A DNA stretch of 48,257 nucleotides from an uncultured Bacteroidales bacterium. GTDB taxonomy: Bacteria; Bacteroidota; Bacteroidia; Bacteroidales; CAYFUP01. This document shows, one piece after another, positions 47,163 through 48,257 of the stretch. The notes under the pieces were generated by a model. That model ran no database searches. It was not told the DNA's origin and was given only the letters and a program-made list of their open reading frames with translations. Numbering within the stretch: the stretch's first letter is position 1; each line of letters starts with the position of its first letter. The DNA lies in assembly GCA_964346235.1 (NCBI GenBank), contig CAYFUP010000002.1, positions 1 to 48,257 of the forward strand, read 5' to 3'. The translations under genes were made by a program, and so were the position numbers.

Positions 47163-48011
47163 TTATTTTAATTCAGCAATGGCACATGATAAATAAAACT
47201 TGATTTCCTTAAGAAAAGCTTTTATTTTAAATACTGTGCTTTTTTGGTTATGAGGAGGCAGCAGGATGCGATGCATCACATGACTTTTCAGTCTGATCCA
47301 GCGCCTCGTTCTTTTGCCTGAAACCGTATCTACGATGGAACCCAAATCAATGCTGTGAACTTCTTTGTCAAGTTTCCACAATCTTTTATTAATGACCCTG
47401 GTTGACATACCCGCAGCAGGGATCACCACTTCCACCTTGTCCACGGCTTCCATGACTTTTTGCCACCAATGATCAATTTCCCAGTAAGAATTCCGTGATG
47501 GCACCTCCACGTAGTAATCCACCGGACCGATTAATTTTTCAATGTCATGTTTTGGTATGCATCCGATAAAGAGCTTTTTTTTAGGACGGATAAAATTATC
47601 CAGGAAACTGATCATATCCATGTATTTGTAAATGGAATAATAATGGGTAAACCAGGCGCTTTCAAATACCATTTTGTCTTCATACCCAAAACGGTCTAAC
47701 AAAAAATTTAACATGCGGTCGTTTTTCCGGTAAGGTTTCATAAAACCTTTATACATGCCTTTTTCAGCAGGATAGTTAACGGCAAGTCCTTTTAAGTAAG
47801 CCGCATCACTGATTTCAAAAGATTCAACCATTTCTTTTTGCAGTTCAGGATGAAAGTCATGGTTTTGCTGACTTAATCCCATCATAATATATATATCACC
47901 ATCTCCAAACCGGGAATAGAATACTTTCTTTTCTTTTTCAAGAAGCCTGCATAAAGTATCAAAGGTTTCTCCGGTGGATTTTGTTGCTATTTTTCCCTGT
48001 GTATTGTTCAT
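47163..48011 (-). CDS. Hypothetical protein, possibly a GT-D / DUF1792-like glycosyltransferase
   Basis: 282 aa. YSRFGDGDIYIMMG resembles the RFGDGE motif of DUF1792-type enzymes. Nothing else is recognisable. The ATG lies 11 nt from hairpin repeat copy 2. Confidence 0.35.
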   Translation of the reverse strand: MNNTQGKIATKSTGETFDTLCRLLEKEKKVFYSRFGDGDIYIMMGLSQQNHDFHPELQKEMVESFEISDAAYLKGLAVNYPAEKGMYKGFMKPYRKNDRMLNFLLDRFGYEDKMVFESAWFTHYYSIYKYMDMISFLDNFIRPKKKLFIGCIPKHDIEKLIGPVDYYVEVPSRNSYWEIDHWWQKVMEAVDKVEVVIPAAGMSTRVINKRLWKLDKEVHSIDLGSIVDTVSGKRTRRWIRLKSHVMHRILLPPHNQKSTVFKIKAFLKEIKFYLSCAIAELK

Positions 48012-48022
48012 GATGCCTAATT

Positions 48023-48177
48023 GGTGGCTCTAAGAAAACGTCAATAACTGCGTTGTGCTCACCTTAAGCACCAGTCATTTACGATCAGTAAACTCCTGGC
48101 ACTTAAGGCTCGCATGCCTTGTTCTTGACGCCTTCCCAGAACCACTTTAGAATAATATGTTCGTTTTCTTAATGTCA
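48023..48177 (-). repeat. Structured intergenic repeat, copy 2 (hairpin 48023-48144 plus conserved tail)
   Basis: It has the same length and architecture as 8343-8495, with 11 substitutions in the 122-nt hairpin. The basal stem pairs as minus-strand RNA with 18 Watson-Crick pairs, 5 G.U and 1 mismatch. Confidence 0.85.
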
Positions 48178-48257
48178 CTATTTATCAGTTAAACCATTTG
48201 ATTTTCATCTGTGATAAATTTTATGTTAAACCATTGTATTTCAAATAAATAATAAAT

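Overview
This looks like a chromosomal segment from a Bacteroidota genome. The evidence is a T9SS type-B C-terminal domain, a PorP/SprF gene, a long-form IspG, a fused MurF-Alr, Bacteroidetes-style TonB and lipoproteins, and no Shine-Dalgarno dependence. About 33 kb is ordinary housekeeping: tgt, an LptF/G permease, dnaG, lgt, a GldA-like ABC ATPase, ispG, gpmA, trpS, rbfA, a LolE-like permease, a sirtuin, a sugar transferase, tonB, lepA, rsmI, tdk and murF-alr. The one large accessory unit is a 14.9-kb ORF (18224-33103, 4959 aa). It encodes a SprB-like repeat adhesin with a T9SS type-B CTD. It is bracketed by a small secreted ORF 6 nt upstream and a PorP/SprF gene 3 nt downstream. That cassette type is known, but its internal repeat organisation is unusual. 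The least explained signals are non-coding. (i) A ~155-nt repeat occurs twice. Its 122-nt hairpin folds well only as minus-strand RNA, and each copy sits just 5' of a minus-strand start codon. (ii) Two homologous arrays of ~27-nt purine-rich units lie upstream of plus-strand envelope genes. (iii) A heptamer (AGGCAGT) tract lies upstream of tgt at the window edge. I found no CRISPR array, tRNA/rRNA gene, transposase, integrase or recognisable defence system. All family assignments come from motif recognition by eye, not from searches.
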